Positions 63,138-64,000 of a DNA stretch of 64,000 bases are shown here, in pieces. The notes beneath the pieces were generated by a model. It saw only the letters and a list, made by a program, of their open reading frames with translations. It was not told the DNA's origin and ran no database searches. Source of the stretch: an uncultured cyanobacterium (lineage in GTDB: Bacteria > Cyanobacteriota > Cyanobacteriia > Leptolyngbyales > Leptolyngbyaceae); assembly GCA_963766075.1 (NCBI GenBank), contig CAVYAN010000012.1, forward strand, positions 37,507-101,506, written 5' to 3'. Positions within the stretch are counted from its first letter, which is position 1. Each line of letters starts with the position of its first letter. Position numbers and translations under genes: made by a program.

Positions 63138-63730
63138 CTACGCCTCCGGCTTCACCACCACAATGCCATAGGCATCGGCAGAGAGGAAGCGTTGGGCCGC
63201 AATTTGCAGGTCTGCCAGGGTTAGGGATTGGATCGTTTCGGGATAGTGCAGCGCCGGAGTCAAATCACCCAAAAGCGCGTGGTAGTAGCCGTAGAGGCCC
63301 GTGCGATCGCTGGGGGTTTCATTCCCAAAAATGAAGTTCTTGGCCACGCGCATACACACCCGATCCAACTCAGCAGTGGTCACGGCCCCCGCCTGCAACT
63401 CCCAAATATGCTGGGCGATCGCCGCTTCCACCACCGCTAAATGCGCAACGGGCAACTGGACCGAAATGGAGAAGGCCCCTTGATGCACATAGTTCATGTT
63501 GCTCGCCGAAATCCCCGACACTAGCCCTCGCTGTTCCCGCAGATCCTTGACTAAGCGAGCGGTGCGCCCCTGGGCCAATACTGAGGCCAACACATCCAGG
63601 GCATAGGTATCCGCCATCTCCATCAATCCCGGCACCCGCCAAGTCTAATCAATCGGGCCTGTTGCAGCGTCGCATCCGTCACCTCACAGCGGCAAATGTG
63701 GGTAAACGGTACTTCGGGCGGGTGGAGGGC
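63138..63730 (-). CDS. M16 family peptidase, C-terminal part only (5' end missing)
   Basis: PEVPFTHI...LQQARLI(M)TWRVPG, LAQGRTARLVKDLREQRGLV, ETPSDRTGLYGYY; indel at about 63646. Confidence 0.8.
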
Positions 63731-63825
63731 TGGCCCGCCGCCGTCGGTACCCGGGATCCTCTCTTGAAGCGAGCCGAGGCAGGGACCTTGTCGCGTCGGC
63801 GGGTGGCCCTATCGTTTGAACTGTG

Positions 63826-64000
63826 GTGGCTTTGGACCGCGTTCAGGCGCGCCGTCGGGCGGTCGCACTCGCACGCCACTACCGCGAGGAGGAGGGCCTC
63901 TCGATCGCTCAGATTGGCCGCCGGCTCGGTTGCGCACCGGCCACGGTCAAGGGCTTACCTGTACGACCCGACGGGCGAGAAGGCCCGGGCGGTCAAGCGC
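63826..64000 (+). CDS. HTH DNA-binding protein fragment in high-GC, apparently foreign sequence
   Basis: ALARHYREEEGLSIAQIGRRLGCAPATVK(A)YLYDP, with one indel. Confidence 0.5.
   Translation, partial: MALDRVQARRRAVALARHYREEEGLSIAQIGRRLGCAPATVKGLPVRPDGREGPGGQA

Noticed and set aside
1..64000. Dense GCGATCGC octamers as a novel repeat
   Set aside because: This is the known cyanobacterial HIP1 sequence.

Overview
Cyanobacterial chromosomal window, judged from abundant HIP1 octamers (GCGATCGC), psaK and a Mg-chelatase H paralogue. Housekeeping blocks (ktrA, ssb, mreBCD, ruvB, pgsA, ctp protease, pdxH, nrdJ, pilMNOQ) are interrupted by accessory islands. (1) About 42.5-48 kb holds a diversity-generating-retroelement (DGR) cassette. 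A Pepco/Trypco-like gene is coupled to a caspase + FGE-sulfatase (C-type lectin fold) gene, whose last 130 nt (VR) match a downstream 130-nt template repeat (TR). 13 of the 14 mismatches fall at TR adenines and a DGR-type hairpin is present, but there is no reverse transcriptase or avd. A second, deleted TR copy and tandem toxin-antitoxin cassettes sit where the RT would be. (2) About 20.2-24.3 kb is a REP-bounded module: Phd/RelE TA, a RAYT-type Y1 transposase and a convergent NACHT-GUN4 gene. The GUN4 C-terminus is encoded by a 50-nt almost purely G/T tract, a candidate hypervariable junction. Also present are an intact IS630, an ISAs1 remnant and two orphan DNA methyltransferases overlying an Rpn remnant. 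Many genes carry single indels, often next to HIP1 sites or homopolymers, and the last ~270 nt look foreign. The sequence is therefore probably an unpolished long-read assembly, and pseudogene calls are unsafe.
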